DNA of 43,285 nt from Conidiobolus incongruus B7586 (taxonomy: Eukaryota): the NCBI GenBank assembly GCA_000697335.1, contig JNEM01009845.1, positions 1-43,285 on the forward strand, given 5' to 3'. Of this stretch, positions 1 through 13,222 are shown piece by piece. A model generated the notes under the pieces. It was not told the origin of the DNA. It saw only the letters and a list, made by a program, of their open reading frames with translations, and made no database searches. The first letter of the stretch is position 1; every line of letters begins with the position of its first letter. Made by a program: the position numbers and the translations under genes.

Positions 1-312
1 CAAATTGGTGTTGTTCTCCGTGACTCCCACGGTATTCCCCAAATCCGTTCCGTCACCGGAAACAAGGTTGTCCGTATCTTAAAGGGTAACGGATTGGCTC
101 CTGAAATTCCCGAAGATATGTACTTCTTGATCAAGAAGGCTGTCTCCGTTCGCAAGCACTTGGAACGCAACCGCAAAGACAAAGACTCCAAATTCCGCTT
201 AATTTTAATCGAATCTAGAATCCACCGTCTTGCTCGTTACTACAAGCGCTCTGGTGCCCTTCCCCCCAACTGGAAGTACGAATCCTCCACTGCTTCTACT
301 TTGGTCGCCTAA
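1..312 (+). CDS. RPS13: 40S ribosomal protein S13 (uS15), copy A, 5'-truncated by the window edge
   Basis: Frame open from base 1: [14 protein letters not shown]...[50 protein letters not shown]...STASTLVA*; protein identical to copy B over this span. Confidence 0.98.
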   Translation, partial: QIGVVLRDSHGIPQIRSVTGNKVVRILKGNGLAPEIPEDMYFLIKKAVSVRKHLERNRKDKDSKFRLILIESRIHRLARYYKRSGALPPNWKYESSTASTLVA

Positions 313-367
313 AGATCATATTTTAAGATTCTATCTTGTGTGGGACGACTAATAAAATCAGCAGGAG

Positions 368-428
368 GTACCAATCACTTGATATCGATAAACACTTTTT
401 TGCTACTAACCCAAATCCTGATTTTTAG
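368..428 (+). other. Candidate 61-nt intron in the RPS13-A 3' UTR
   Basis: GAG|GTACCA donor at 368, perfect TACTAAC branch point at 404-410, TTTTTAG acceptor ending 428; size matches the other introns in the window. Confidence 0.55.
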
Positions 429-659
429 TCTTGAACAATTTATTTTATTTAATAGATTTCCAAATTCGCATTTATTTTGCCGATTCTAACCGAAGTACCT
501 TTTTGTATCTATACGAAATTGCAACTTATTGATCTGAAAATATTAAATTTTCAATTGATTAATTCAACCTTGAGAAAGAAAATTGATCAATTTAATCTTC
601 TGTAATAGATCATGTCCTTTGGTTAGTTTTATTTTTATATACATGTAATTATTTTATAC

Positions 660-1260
660 TTCAATACTCATTATTTAGCGATTTTTCAATCCCTTTAGTT
701 ATTCTAGTTTCAATTTTTGTCTTAATTTCACTTCATAAATAAGTGAACATATCATCTCCCAATGCTTTATTCACCCCATTCCACATTTCAATCCTTGTTT
801 TAATCTTTTCATCAATTTCTACGTGTGATATTTTTTATCTGAATATTATGATCCTATTCTCGTTTTACCTCTTATAATATTTTACTGGAAGATAATATTT
901 GATATGATTCATCATCTTTCATATTTATCCGATTTATACGATAACCATTTTATATTTTTAGCTTTTAACTTCATAATTTAATCTTCAGACATTTGCCTAA
1001 CCCATTGATCGAGGTGGTAATTATTTAAGACTTGATTTATATCATTTTTATACATTAAATCAAATTCCAAACAACACACTACCATAACATTTTTAACCTT
1101 TCTACTTTTCACTTTAAATATATCATTAATATATTTTAATCACACTCTTGATTTAGAATAAATAATTGAAAGCTCTCCAGTTCTTTTAAGATACCATTTT
1201 CAATGGTCATTTGAGAGATAATTATATTAAAACTCTTCAAATTATTTTATATGAATATTT
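660..1260 (-). pseudogene. Coding-like relic of unknown product
   Basis: Purine-rich minus strand with long, sparsely stopped runs (e.g. VEIDEKIKTRIEMWNGVNKALGDDMFTYL*SEIKTKIETRITKGIEK); no family recognised. Confidence 0.25.
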
Positions 1261-2336
1261 GGAATTAAGTGTGTTTAAAGGAAACTTTAATAATAGAATC
1301 ACTTAAGCATCATTATTCCTGTATTAAGGTATTATTTTATTAAAGTCAATTCTCAAATTTTAGATTAAATATATTGAATCTGTTGATCTAAAGAATCAGA
1401 CACTATATTTTATAACTATATCAAAATGTTATAAATTGGGCATACTAATATTAATATAAATTTATCAAACATTTTGCCTTTAATGAATAGACTAAAATTT
1501 TTTGATATTTATATTAAATAATGTTTTATAATGATTTGTGTTAATTATATTGATTATTTATTCAACATAATTAAATTAATATTTTTGAAAATGATTCATT
1601 TTATTAACTATAATGACAAAATAATTTAATAAATCTAATATTTTACACAATTGATAATTTAAATATTTAGTCTTTTATATCTTACTATCAAATTCAATGT
1701 TTAGGATTGAATTTTAATTAGCTCTTAGTGAAATTATATTAGTCTAATTTATGTTTAATTGAAAATAATAAATTTTTATTTAATTACTTAATATCATATA
1801 TATCATTCTATTAAAAATAACTATCTTCCAATATATAATATACAAAATAACTTAATGATAACCGTTATCTATTTCTTTTAAAATTATTCGTATTTTATAT
1901 TAAATTATCGTAATATAAGTCTCTTATTACATGATGGATTGAAGAGCTAATTTCATGTATAACCAGCTATATATATTCTATAATTATGATATATTTCGAA
2001 TCATATATAATTCAAAAAATAACATTTATTCTTTGTATATTCTCTTAATTTATCTATATCAAAAACTTGAAGATTTTTGATATTGAAATTATTTTTTCTA
2101 TTTGAGTTACATATCATTTTTCTAATTATCAAATATTTATATTAAATCAATAATTATGTCTTTTTAATCATTGTAGGTATATCGAAAAATTGTATTTTTT
2201 TAAATATTAAATAATTATGCATAATTATGTTTTATTAGTTAATATTAAATTCCAAATTTATATATTTAAATTTAAAAAACATTATATTTTTGAATCAAAA
2301 TAATATATATTTAAAATCAAACTCTTATAATTTTTG

Positions 2337-2356
2337 ATATATATATATATATATAT
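2337..2356. repeat. (AT)10 microsatellite
   Basis: Read directly from the sequence. Confidence 0.9.
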
Positions 2357-3320
2357 TATAATAAATGTTAAGAAAATAAAAGCGATGTATATATTGGATA
2401 AGTTTATATTGATTTTTCAAGTTTGATCATTTTGATATTTAAAAATATCAAAATAAAAACATAATACTAGTGTAAATATAAATATAATTAAATTTTATAT
2501 TCCACTGAATCTGAGAAATTATCGAATTTCATGAAATATGAATATTATGCTCAATTTGAAAATATAAAAAATTATTGTACATATATTTTTATTTAATTTT
2601 TATAATTCAGATTGAATTTCATCAGTTTAGTATATTTGAGATTTTAATTCATATAATTCAAAATAATGAATCATAAATATTAGATATGATTATTCTATAT
2701 ATTGCATGAAAATATATCAGATAGTTTATAGTTTGGGGCATTTTTGATATATAATGTTTTAATTAATAATAAACGTAAATAGATTCACTAACAGTATATT
2801 ATTTGAAATTATAGTAGTAATTTTCTATGAAAATTTTATATTTGTTTCTAATCAGTAGTATGTTATAAATAGCAAATTGGTATTATTGATATTATTTGAA
2901 TTAATGAATAAATATATCAAAGTATAGATTTAAAATTTTTTTAAATCATGGGAATTTAAAATTTTATTTTCATTTTAAGTATTATCAAATGTGATTAATA
3001 TTGATTAAATTTAATAATTGATAGAAGATCAAAAATTTTGAAAAAGTTGTTTTTTGTAAATTGATATATTCAAACTTAATATAGTTGTGAAATCATGGAA
3101 TATAACAATACCAGTATTTTAATCAATTACTATCCTATCAGATATTTACATAAATATTTAAGCATTAACTATTCACATTAAATAACAGGACAGTCAATTT
3201 AAATTAAATATGTTTATGGGTCAAGGTTAATGAATGCATTTAAACTATATTTCATTATCATATTGAAACTATGTTTATGATTTCTTGATTAAAATTATTA
3301 TTTGTTGTATTAAAAATAAA

Positions 3321-6300
3321 ATGTCTACTAGTAGTTCTCTTATATCGAGTGGTAATATTAAAACAAATGTTATACTATTTTGATATTTATTTATATTATT
3401 ATTTTCAGGAATAACAGTTGAAGAGCTATCTCATAAATACCAAAAATTGTTACAAGAGTATAATCGGTATTATATTTTAACAAATTGACTATGTTTAATT
3501 GTTCTTAACAAAATCACTATTTTAGCATTAGAGCACAACATTCAGTCTTAAGGAAAGCTATAGTCACTGTAACTTATTTTGTTTGTAATCGACTATATAA
3601 CTTGCACTTATTCAATATTATTAGGAACAAAACAATAACACCGATTTGATAAATCAATTAAAGTCCAAAGAAAATGATTTAAGAAAGGTGAATTGCTTTG
3701 ATTATATTTTGATTTTTAATTAATATTTTTTAGTATTCTCAAGAAATTGATAACCTAATTTTTCATAACCGAGGGTTAACAAAAAAGATTGAAGCATTAC
3801 AAGAAGAAGGACCGAAAGTATTTAAGCTTAATTTATATATATAAATTGCTAATCTATTATTAGAAAAAAAGCACATCTTGGCTTCCAAACAATCAACTCA
3901 AGAAAGAAATGCAAGAAATTAAAATTGCATTAGATGCTGCGGTCTTAGATCTTCAGAACAAAATTCATGAGAATGGTGATAATAATCTCATTGCTAAACT
4001 TTTAGTTTATATTTATCGACATTTTCAATTTATAGAAAGTCTTTATTTGGAATTGGATGAAATAAAATCTAATCATCAAATTATAACGGATGATCTCAAG
4101 TCACAAAATCAATCTCTCCAGCTCAAAATTTCTCAAATTTTAGTATATATCCTATATCTATAAATCTTATAAATAGTTAACTAACTATTAATACAGAATG
4201 ATTACGAACTCAAAATTAAAGACTACGAAGACGGATTAAGTGTTTTAAAGCATGAGAAATCTTTAGTAGAGACCGAAATGCGTAAAGTGCTAGAGACAAT
4301 GAAGAGGCAAGTTTATTTATGCTCTAATTGTAAATTATTATTGACATTATGATAGTTTGAGTGAAACGCCCATTCAATTCAACAATTTTACCGGATCTGA
4401 TGATGTGTTTCTATCAAGTGATATGCTGGAGTTTTTACAAAACTTAAAAGACAATGAAAAAATCCAGAGTTTAGAAGGCGAGGATTATAATTTGTTGTTT
4501 AATTTTGCTCAGAAATTTATCAAGGTAAGCTCGTTGGCACCATTGTATATATCAATGCTCATCTTGAATTAGGATTTGACCTCAAGACTAAGCTGGAATG
4601 AATTTACAAATGGACTAAATCTGCTTCTTAAAGACTTACGACTCTTCTTGGAGTTACAGGAAAACCAAATGATTTATATTAATGAACATTGGAAAAATTC
4701 AAATTTAACTGAAACAATAGTTAAAGTAATTATCACCAAGCTATTTCATAATATTATATTGATTATTATTTAGATCAAGGATCTACAGCGCGTATTCGAT
4801 CAAACTTTTCATCAAGTACTACCTAGTCTTGCATCTATTTTCAACCAATCCCAGCCATACAGCTGGGTTGCACATTCTGATGAATTTTTATCTCAGCCAA
4901 CTATCCAAACTGTATTAAAACAAATTTTCCCAGTATTCTGGCGGATATGCGACTTATTAAATATCTGTGTGCATTCTGATAATTGTCAAGTATTTTCACT
5001 CCCTCCAACTTCCGAATATTCAAAAGCTATATCCACATACGCTGAAAATTCTAATAAGGTTCGTGAATTATGTAAACAATTTTTATCTTGGCAAGACTAT
5101 GCCGTAGTTCAGTTATTTAATGAGGAAAAGACAGCTCTTTTAAAGTGGTCACGTGAATTCAAAAGTCAGATTTTGTCGCTATTTAATTATCATGGTCAAA
5201 AGCTTCAGGCTCAGAATATCAGTATCGAGGATCACTGGTTTATCAAAGCTTGTAACGTTCAAATGATAGGAATACTCTCGAATTTGAAAACTTCCTTTGA
5301 TCGTGTCTTTAGTATGTGCGTTATATGGTTGGAAACCTTCAGCAATATTGATCTACAGACCATAGAGTTTATTTTGAGAATATCTGAACAAACTAGATCT
5401 AAGACCGAATCTATTGATCAGAATCAAGGAGCTAAATTTGCCATCGAAACCATACCGAGTACGTCATTCATCCCCTATACTGCAACACTCAAACTTTTAA
5501 CATCGAATATGACTATTAAAGAGGAAAAAGAGCAGTTACTGAAAACTTTGCAAAATAAGATCGATGCCAACCATTCCCAAACTCAAATAATTGAAGATTT
5601 GAAAAAAGAAATTTCGAATTATGAGCATTCACTGCAAACTGAGAAACATAATGTGAGTCTATTGAAACATCAAATCGAAGAAATTTCTCAAATTCTGCAT
5701 ACAAAAGAATCAGAATTGGCTTCCGCTTTAGCTCAGAACTTGGAAAACGAAGTTAAAATTGCCGAATTGAGCGCAATCAAAGAGCAGGAAACTAAATTCT
5801 TAACCAATGGAACGCATGCTGAATCTAATACTGCTCATTATAATAATGGACAAGATGATGATTTAGAGGATGATAAACCGCTTATTATGATTTCAAAGAA
5901 GATTAATGGTACTAAAGATAATACCAATCGATTGAACGGAACTGATCTCAGTAAATCACCCAACTCGATCGAATCAATTCCCTCTCCAGATACGAATCCT
6001 TCCAATCAGCAAATCGTTAATTTATTTAATCATAGTTATGACATCCAAATCAAAAACCTCATGGAAAAATTAGAAATTTCTCAAGCTGAAACTTTCAGAT
6101 TGCATCAAATTGTGCTTGGAAACAGTCAATTATTGAAAGATTCAGAGTTAGAAAAAAAGCAGCTGCATGATCAAATAGCATCTTTAACAGAGCAACTTGA
6201 AAAAACTAAAGTAATATCTGTATTCAATCACTTAATTCATAAATTAACTCTTTGAATAGGAAGATATATCTACGGTTGAACGACATTATCAGGATCAAAT

Positions 6301-6390
6301 CACTGTAATGTCAGAGAGTAAGTATTCCAATTAATATTATACTTCTTTTATAACACGCTTTTAGGATTTGCCCAAGGATCATTGATATAG
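3321..6390 (+). CDS. PPP1R21: PPP1R21 / KLRAQ1 (FERRY subunit Fy-2)-like coiled-coil protein, multi-exon
   Basis: Splicing introns 3352-3408, 3467-3525, 3569-3624, 3688-3733 and 3818-3863 gives KYQKLLQEYNRIRAQHSVLRKAIVTEQ...LKSKENDLRKYSQEIDNLIFHNRGLTKKIEALQEE (KLRAQ domain); exon 6260-6317 gives STVERHYQDQITVMSE (TTKRSYEDQ-type motif); stop TAG at 6388-6390. Confidence 0.85.
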
Positions 6391-8250
6391 GTCTTGATAT
6401 ATATTTAATTTCAATAACCATTTCAAAATTAGTTATAATGTAATTTGTATATTTTAATTTAACAATAAACAATACTATTTAATTCAATTAAACTTTTAAT
6501 TTAATATACCTGATAATTATTTTTCAATTATAGTAATTTGAAAATGATACATCCACTCTGAAATAATTACATGATTTTTATATAAATGGCTAACATTTTT
6601 CATATCATATTAAACAAAATAAATATATTGATACTAGAAGATAATGCATTATTATGTTTGTTATATTCATTTTCAAAAATCCTAAATTCAAAGTGAAAAA
6701 ATCAGCATTAATTTTTACAATCAAGCTTCAAATTCACATAGTAATTTTGAAATAGAAATTCAGTATTGATAATAACATTTAGTATAATCAAAATACAATT
6801 TATCAGTTTAATATAAAATTTATTTATACTAATGATTCGGATAAAACTTATAAGCCAAATTTCAAGAATAATATAAATATTGTTTTTGATTAGCATATAT
6901 TTCATATTCTATATTCTTTTCAATAACTTTATTATTAAATATTTAGATGCATAATTGATAGGTAAATTTGAATTAATATATATTAATCATATCATTTTGA
7001 AATAAATTTATATTCACTAAAATAACTAAGATTCAATTCAAACATGCTACTCAAAATATACCAAATTTAAAAATCAATTAAAATTTTAGTAGCATTATAT
7101 ATATTATATCAATAGTGATTATTAATATTATATTTTATAATCATAAGTTATGAAATATTTAATTGTATTATATTTGATTGATTTGCATTGTTTATATGAT
7201 TTGTATTTCATAAAACATATAAATTAAAATATCCAATATAAAAATTATTTTATAAAGTATAATATAATTAAAAAATTCAAGTCAATTACTAATATATTGT
7301 TTATAATCAAATATATTTTAAGAAAAATTATACTTCAAATCATAAATTTGCACTTTAGTATTAGACGAATATTAATATATCTAATCTTACACCAAACGCC
7401 TTATATATAGTTAAAATGGTGTCCTATATAGTATTATTATTTAGGTGGACGCTTGATTCTGAATTTCATTACTTATTTGAAATATATAAGATTATATGTA
7501 TGGTTTGACAAAAATTAAATGTAACTTCTGTAATAATTTGTGATTTAAAATATTATTTTGATAATATACATAATTATCGAATATATATCCTATTTTTTAC
7601 TTTATAGTTTTGAGTTTGGCAATTTTAGAAATCATCAACTTGAATAATACAGTGTTTCTCTTATTAGTATTACTATAATTTCAGTTTATATTCAAATTAG
7701 TTTTTTCTGATTTTATTTTTTTGAATCATCATTTGATTTTATTTTAAGTTCCTCTTTTGGAAATAAGGAAATTGATTTTTTTGGATTGATTATAAACTAT
7801 AAATTTATTACAATAAAATTAAATATATATTACATAAATTTATAGTATCTAGGAAACTAAATATTCTATGACTGAAGTTATTTCGATATAATATTTATAT
7901 TAATCTATTATAAACTATTATTGAAATATACATTACTGTGAAATAAAAATTTAATCATGTCATGCTTTTTAAGATTGTGACTTTGCATACAATGTATACA
8001 ATATTGATATTATTAGTTTTGATACATATTTGTTCTAATATCTTTAAATCATCACTTTATTTCTATTTGTGGAAATAGAATATATAAAATTGTAAAGTAT
8101 TAATTTGAAATGGTACCATTTATTACTAATTAATGTTCTTCTTAATTAAGGAACTATACAGATAAACTATATAGTTACAAACATTAAATGTCAGAAATAT
8201 AGACATTATATTGCTTGATTATTATATTTTTCCAAAATTGTTGTAAGTCA

Positions 8251-8258
8251 ATCCCATA
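8251..8258 (+). promoter_or_regulatory. TCCCA promoter motif (ATCCCATA)
   Basis: About 160 nt upstream of ATG 8412, sense orientation; recurs at other promoters. Confidence 0.55.
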
Positions 8259-8411
8259 TTATCAATATTTAGAATATAATCAATTGAATAATAAGTCACT
8301 TTTATCATAAGTTTATTTGTTATTGCAATTATTGATTAATGAACATTACTTTTATTCGGTTTAATTTATTTAATTTGAATTCTCATTGATTTCGTGTGTT
8401 CCTTAAATAGA

Positions 8412-9754
8412 ATGAGCTCTAGTTCGATCAATTTAGGACATCAACAAGCCAATCAGGCAGAATACCATTCAGAGCTTCAGCAATGGAAACAAGCAAAAGA
8501 ATGCCATGAACTTGCTGCTAAATATTTTCTGGAAGCTTTAGAGTGTAGTACAGATTCCGAGGTACTAAATTTATATATTTCTTTTTATTCTTTCATCTAA
8601 TTTTAACTATAAAGATTCGTGATACATTAATTCTACTGAACAAAAACCATAAAAGACAGGCTCAATATATTCAAGACACCTATTTATCTAATAACCACAA
8701 TCGTAAATCTAATTTACCCAATAATAAATTATTTGATGAAAGGCGCCCTTTGGAAGCTTTCTATCCTACTCGGGCCAATTCGGATCCAACTCAAGCATTT
8801 AATCACTATAACAACGTTTCCAATAATAGCACCCCTACAAATGATACTTCTGGTTCTGCGAACCAGTCTATTTATAGAAGCAATTTACCTTCTATCCAAT
8901 TGAATGACGAATCTTTCATGGTACTAAAAGATCAAGAGGTATATTATTGCTTATCAGTATCTTTATTTATATTAATTTCTGAATTTTAGTTAGATCCCTT
9001 TGATAGGTTTTTGGACACTGTTGAAGAATTGGTTCAAAAGATATCTAATCCAGTTGCTTTCACAACTGTTCCACTCAACTTTGAGCCCAAAGCACAAACT
9101 CAAATCTCCAAACAAATAGAATCCAATAGAATGGCCGAATCTTTCTATATGGTACCCAATCCCAATGATAAAAAAAATTCCTCAAATGGAATACAGTAAA
9201 TATTCATTATCGTTTCTAATTTTAAAGCAGTACTGATCATATTATTAGTGAGCTAGTTCCAAGTAAAACTATTGAGGAATACTGTGAAGAGAATTATCAG
9301 TTGAAAATTGCAGTTGATCAATTAACTAAACAGCTGCAAAATGTTGAAAAAACTTCTGAAGAAAATAACAATCTATTGAAAAGCAGTATTATGCAATTCA
9401 AATCAGACGTTCAAAAACAGGCACAACAGCTTAGGATGAGCCAAGATATGCTAAAATCTTCTATTTTGACAAAAAATAGAAATTTATTGTCAAACGAAGC
9501 CATTGGGTCTGTATTATATGGATCATCATCTAAGACGTTTCCAACTTGCCCCGGTAACTGTAAAAGGGTCAAAGAGCTAGAGGAAGAGGTCAAAAAGCTA
9601 CAAGCAGATTTAGCTCAAAAGGTACTCTATTATTACTACCATAATATCATAATTTTACTAACTTATTTTTAAGACTGAGATAATCAATATGCATAAAAGA
9701 CGATGGGAAAATCTGAAGCAGTCTGCCAAAAAACGAGGTTCTAACACTAGCTAA
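8412..9754 (+). CDS. Atg38/NRBF2-like protein (N-terminal MIT-like domain, C-terminal coiled coils), 5 exons
   Basis: HQQANQAE...AKECHELAAKYFLEA MIT-like helices; fungal family motifs DPFDRFLDTVEELVQKISNPVAF, AESFYMVP, KTIEEYCEENYQLK, RRWENLKQSAKKR; first intron 8562-8614, last exon 9674-9754. Confidence 0.65.
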
Positions 9755-11065
9755 AGATTTTTATTTTAACTATATACTTTAATGATATAATATTCATATT
9801 TTTTTAGTTTTATTTGCCAATCCCTGTAATTAGTAAGAACAATATCTCGTATTTTAATATTACAATTCGTAAATATTAAATTCTTATAAATAAATATATA
9901 TTAATTATCTTAGCCATTTCCTCAAAACAAATTTTTATATACGATTCTACCTTAGAATATATGATATCTCATTTAAAAACATTGAACAAATATGATCACC
10001 TAATTAATAATGCATTTGGAACAATTAAATAAATATTATTTATATTAAATTTCAATTAAGTTCAAACTCATAACCTATTTCTTAAATACTTTTGCCTATA
10101 TTCGTAAAATTATATTTAATTACTATAGCTCTATTTTGAGATATATTTTTTTTATCAATTATAAACATTTGTACTAAAATTTACTGAGTCTTTATTGAAA
10201 AGAATTATTTATTTATTTATTATTATTATTATTATTAAATTATTGAAAAATATCATTTGTTTTCTAATGAATGATTAGATTTTTTTGGTAATAATATGTA
10301 ATATTATATCTAATTTAATACTATCTATCTTTTTCATATTATATAACAATATACTTAATTCTGATAAAACCATTTTATTAATACAATAGTTACATCAAAT
10401 ATTTTGATACATATATGCCTAATTTAACCTATTAGTAAATTTTTTACTAATAATGTTATCTTATTTATTATATTGATAATTATTACTAAGAGATGCAAAT
10501 ATTAATTCAATATATTAATTATTAATGACTTTACTGGTAAGGCTCTCAAATTAGTAATCCCTATAATTATCAAATAGTTAGAATTAAAATATCAAAATAT
10601 AAATTGTTATATAAATAAAATATATCCAAATCTAATGACAAAAAAACATAATTATATTTTTGCTTAATTATTTAATTGATTTTAACTTATTTATTCAGTT
10701 AAATAATTAGTTGAAATGATATTAAATATATGATCTTATTTAAATATAAGTTTATAATATTTGGTTTTTTAATATAGATGATGATCATATATAAGGAATT
10801 TTGTGGTTCAATCAATGGTACTTAGAATGATAAAACAATTTGATTATATTCTATAAAAGCTGAAATAATAATTTTAATAACAATAATAATATAGTTGTTT
10901 AATATTACACTGTTAATATATATTTTTATTATTATAATATATGCTTCAAAATAAATGAAATCTTATCCATATATACTATGCGATTTACTTTTTTTAGTTG
11001 AAGAATTGTATTCAAATATTGAAATATATCTAAAAATAACGTTATGCTGAATTAACCTGTTCAAA

Positions 11066-13222
11066 TTAAATTTTAGTAGTTGGCGGATGAGCTAAAGCAT
11101 CAGCAACTTTAATGACGTCTCTTAATTCTCCTACGTCGTGAATTCTTAATATTTTGGCACCTGCCAAGATCAAAGCAGTACAAGCAGCTCCAGTTGAACC
11201 TGATCGAAGCTTAGGAATGGGTTGATTGGTAACTTTACCCAAGAATGATTTTCTACTGGGTCCTACCAAATATGGAAAGCCATTTTGGGCAAGTAGCGGA
11301 AGGTTTCGCATTAATTCAAAGCTCTGTTCAGAAGTTTTTGCAAAGCCTACACCTGGATCAAGGATAATATTCCAACGGAGCATTGACAAATTAATCGCAT
11401 TTTCGACGAGAATAGAAATTTCTTTCTTGACTTGATTAACTACATCATTGTTATAATTGGTCAAAGATTGCATGGTGCTACTATCACCTCTCATATGCAT
11501 AAGACAGACTGGTACCTTATATTTGACCATAACTTTTAGCATTTCAGGATCACGATTACCTCCAGTAACATCATTAATAAGATCAGCTCCAGCTTCAATA
11601 GCCTTAGCAGCAACATTAGCTCTAAATGTATCAACCGAAATAGGTACGTTAATCTGCTCTTTTCTGAGAGCTTCAATCACAGGGATTACACGTTTTAATT
11701 CTTCTTCCTCAGATACTTCGTCAGCGCCGGGGCGAGTAGAGACACCACCAATGTCCAAAATATGGGCACCATCTTCAATCAATTGCTTTGCATGCTGAAT
11801 AGCGTTCTCAAGAGTAATATATTTTCCACCATCGCTAAAACTGTCTGGAGTGACATTTAAAATACCCATGATCATAGTCTCTTTTTCCCAATTCCATAAT
11901 TGATCTCTCAATGGAAGCACCTTGATTAGCTCTGATACAAATCCTCCGTTCTCTTCTTTGTAAAGGATAAAGTTGGAAAAGATCTGGGAAATGGACCAAT
12001 TCAAAGTGGGATGAACCCAGTTGCTTGCCATATCGCATAATGGTCGCAACACAAATTCTCTTTCAGCAATGCGGGGATGAGGGATAATCAGGTCAGGTGT
12101 ATTTAATACCAAGTCATCATAGAATAGCAAATCTAAATCAACGACTCTTGGTCCATTGGTAAAAGTCTTAGTACGACCTTGTTCTTTTTCAATCTCTTTT
12201 AATACAAGGAATAAAGGGTGGGGGTCAAGAGTGGTAGCAATCATAATTGTTGCGTTCAAGAAAGCTGGCTGATCTTCAACATACATAGGCTTAGATTCAT
12301 ACAGGAATGATGAGTTGACTAATCTACATCCACGGGATTGTAATTTTTCAATTGCTCCTAAAATATTGTGATACTTATCACCAAGATTACTACCAAGCGC
12401 GATGATAGCTAAATGTTCATTAGATTCCAAAGGATAAATAAAGCTGTTATCATATGACTTGATATCTTTGAAAGAATTATAATCTCTAGTGATTTCAACC
12501 GCTGCAAGGTCAGCAAATCGAAGAGCACTGGGCTTACCAACTGAAACGATTAGCTTGGGTACTAAACATTTAATGATAGCAACTTTAGCGACAGCAGTGA
12601 CCAATGCTTCAACAGTTTTAAATTTGGAATTTTCGACCAAGCTGGATACAGCTCGAACAATATAAGGATAGCCATGCATTTTACCTACTTTTCCAGTGGA
12701 GAGACCTGGGTAAAGTGTCATATCCACTAGCACAGCCTGCTTTTGTTCTCTTTCCCAAGGATTGATACCAATAATGCAGTTCAAACGAAGACCACGAATG
12801 AATAGAATATCGCTAGGTAAGTAATCCAATTCTTCGATGGGTGTATTGTTGGCAAAATCTTCAATGGTACGAGTTATTTCAATACCGCAGGCTTCAGCGT
12901 GTAAGAGACCCTTGGGTTTTTCTATTTTTATATTGACACAGCTTCCATTATATTTTGTGAGGAGGTGCTTACAAATGGCTAATCCCAAATTCAAGAAAGT
13001 ATGATAAGAACCTTTTTCGCAAAGTTTAATTACTTCTTTACAGAGACTGGAGTAGCTTAAGGAATCAGTTAAGAGATCAGATTCGCCAGCAGGTAGTACA
13101 TTGCTGATAAATTTAACATCCAAAATTAATGGCTGTAATTTAGTTCTATCCCAATGGTCGAGTCCAATATCTGAGTTTACTTTAATACCTCTAACTATTA
13201 ACTTGTCTTGTTCAGAAGTCAT
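11066..13222 (-). CDS. FOL1: Trifunctional folate synthesis protein (2x DHNA - HPPK - DHPS), intronless
   Basis: Two aldolase repeats (IGLDHWDR, IGINPWERE), HPPK (IALGSNLGD, GPRVVDLDLL, PHPRIAEREFVL), DHPS (MGILNVTPDSFSDGG, STRPG, DPGVGF, SRKSF, RIHDV). Confidence 0.97.
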   Translation of the reverse strand: MTSEQDKLIVRGIKVNSDIGLDHWDRTKLQPLILDVKFISNVLPAGESDLLTDSLSYSSLCKEVIKLCEKGSYHTFLNLGLAICKHLLTKYNGSCVNIKIEKPKGLLHAEACGIEITRTIEDFANNTPIEELDYLPSDILFIRGLRLNCIIGINPWEREQKQAVLVDMTLYPGLSTGKVGKMHGYPYIVRAVSSLVENSKFKTVEALVTAVAKVAIIKCLVPKLIVSVGKPSALRFADLAAVEITRDYNSFKDIKSYDNSFIYPLESNEHLAIIALGSNLGDKYHNILGAIEKLQSRGCRLVNSSFLYESKPMYVEDQPAFLNATIMIATTLDPHPLFLVLKEIEKEQGRTKTFTNGPRVVDLDLLFYDDLVLNTPDLIIPHPRIAEREFVLRPLCDMASNWVHPTLNWSISQIFSNFILYKEENGGFVSELIKVLPLRDQLWNWEKETMIMGILNVTPDSFSDGGKYITLENAIQHAKQLIEDGAHILDIGGVSTRPGADEVSEEEELKRVIPVIEALRKEQINVPISVDTFRANVAAKAIEAGADLINDVTGGNRDPEMLKVMVKYKVPVCLMHMRGDSSTMQSLTNYNNDVVNQVKKEISILVENAINLSMLRWNIILDPGVGFAKTSEQSFELMRNLPLLAQNGFPYLVGPSRKSFLGKVTNQPIPKLRSGSTGAACTALILAGAKILRIHDVGELRDVIKVADALAHPPTTKI

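Noticed and set aside
11066..13222. Intronless FOL1 as a bacterial horizontal transfer
   Set aside because: The DHNA-DHNA-HPPK-DHPS fusion is the standard fungal architecture
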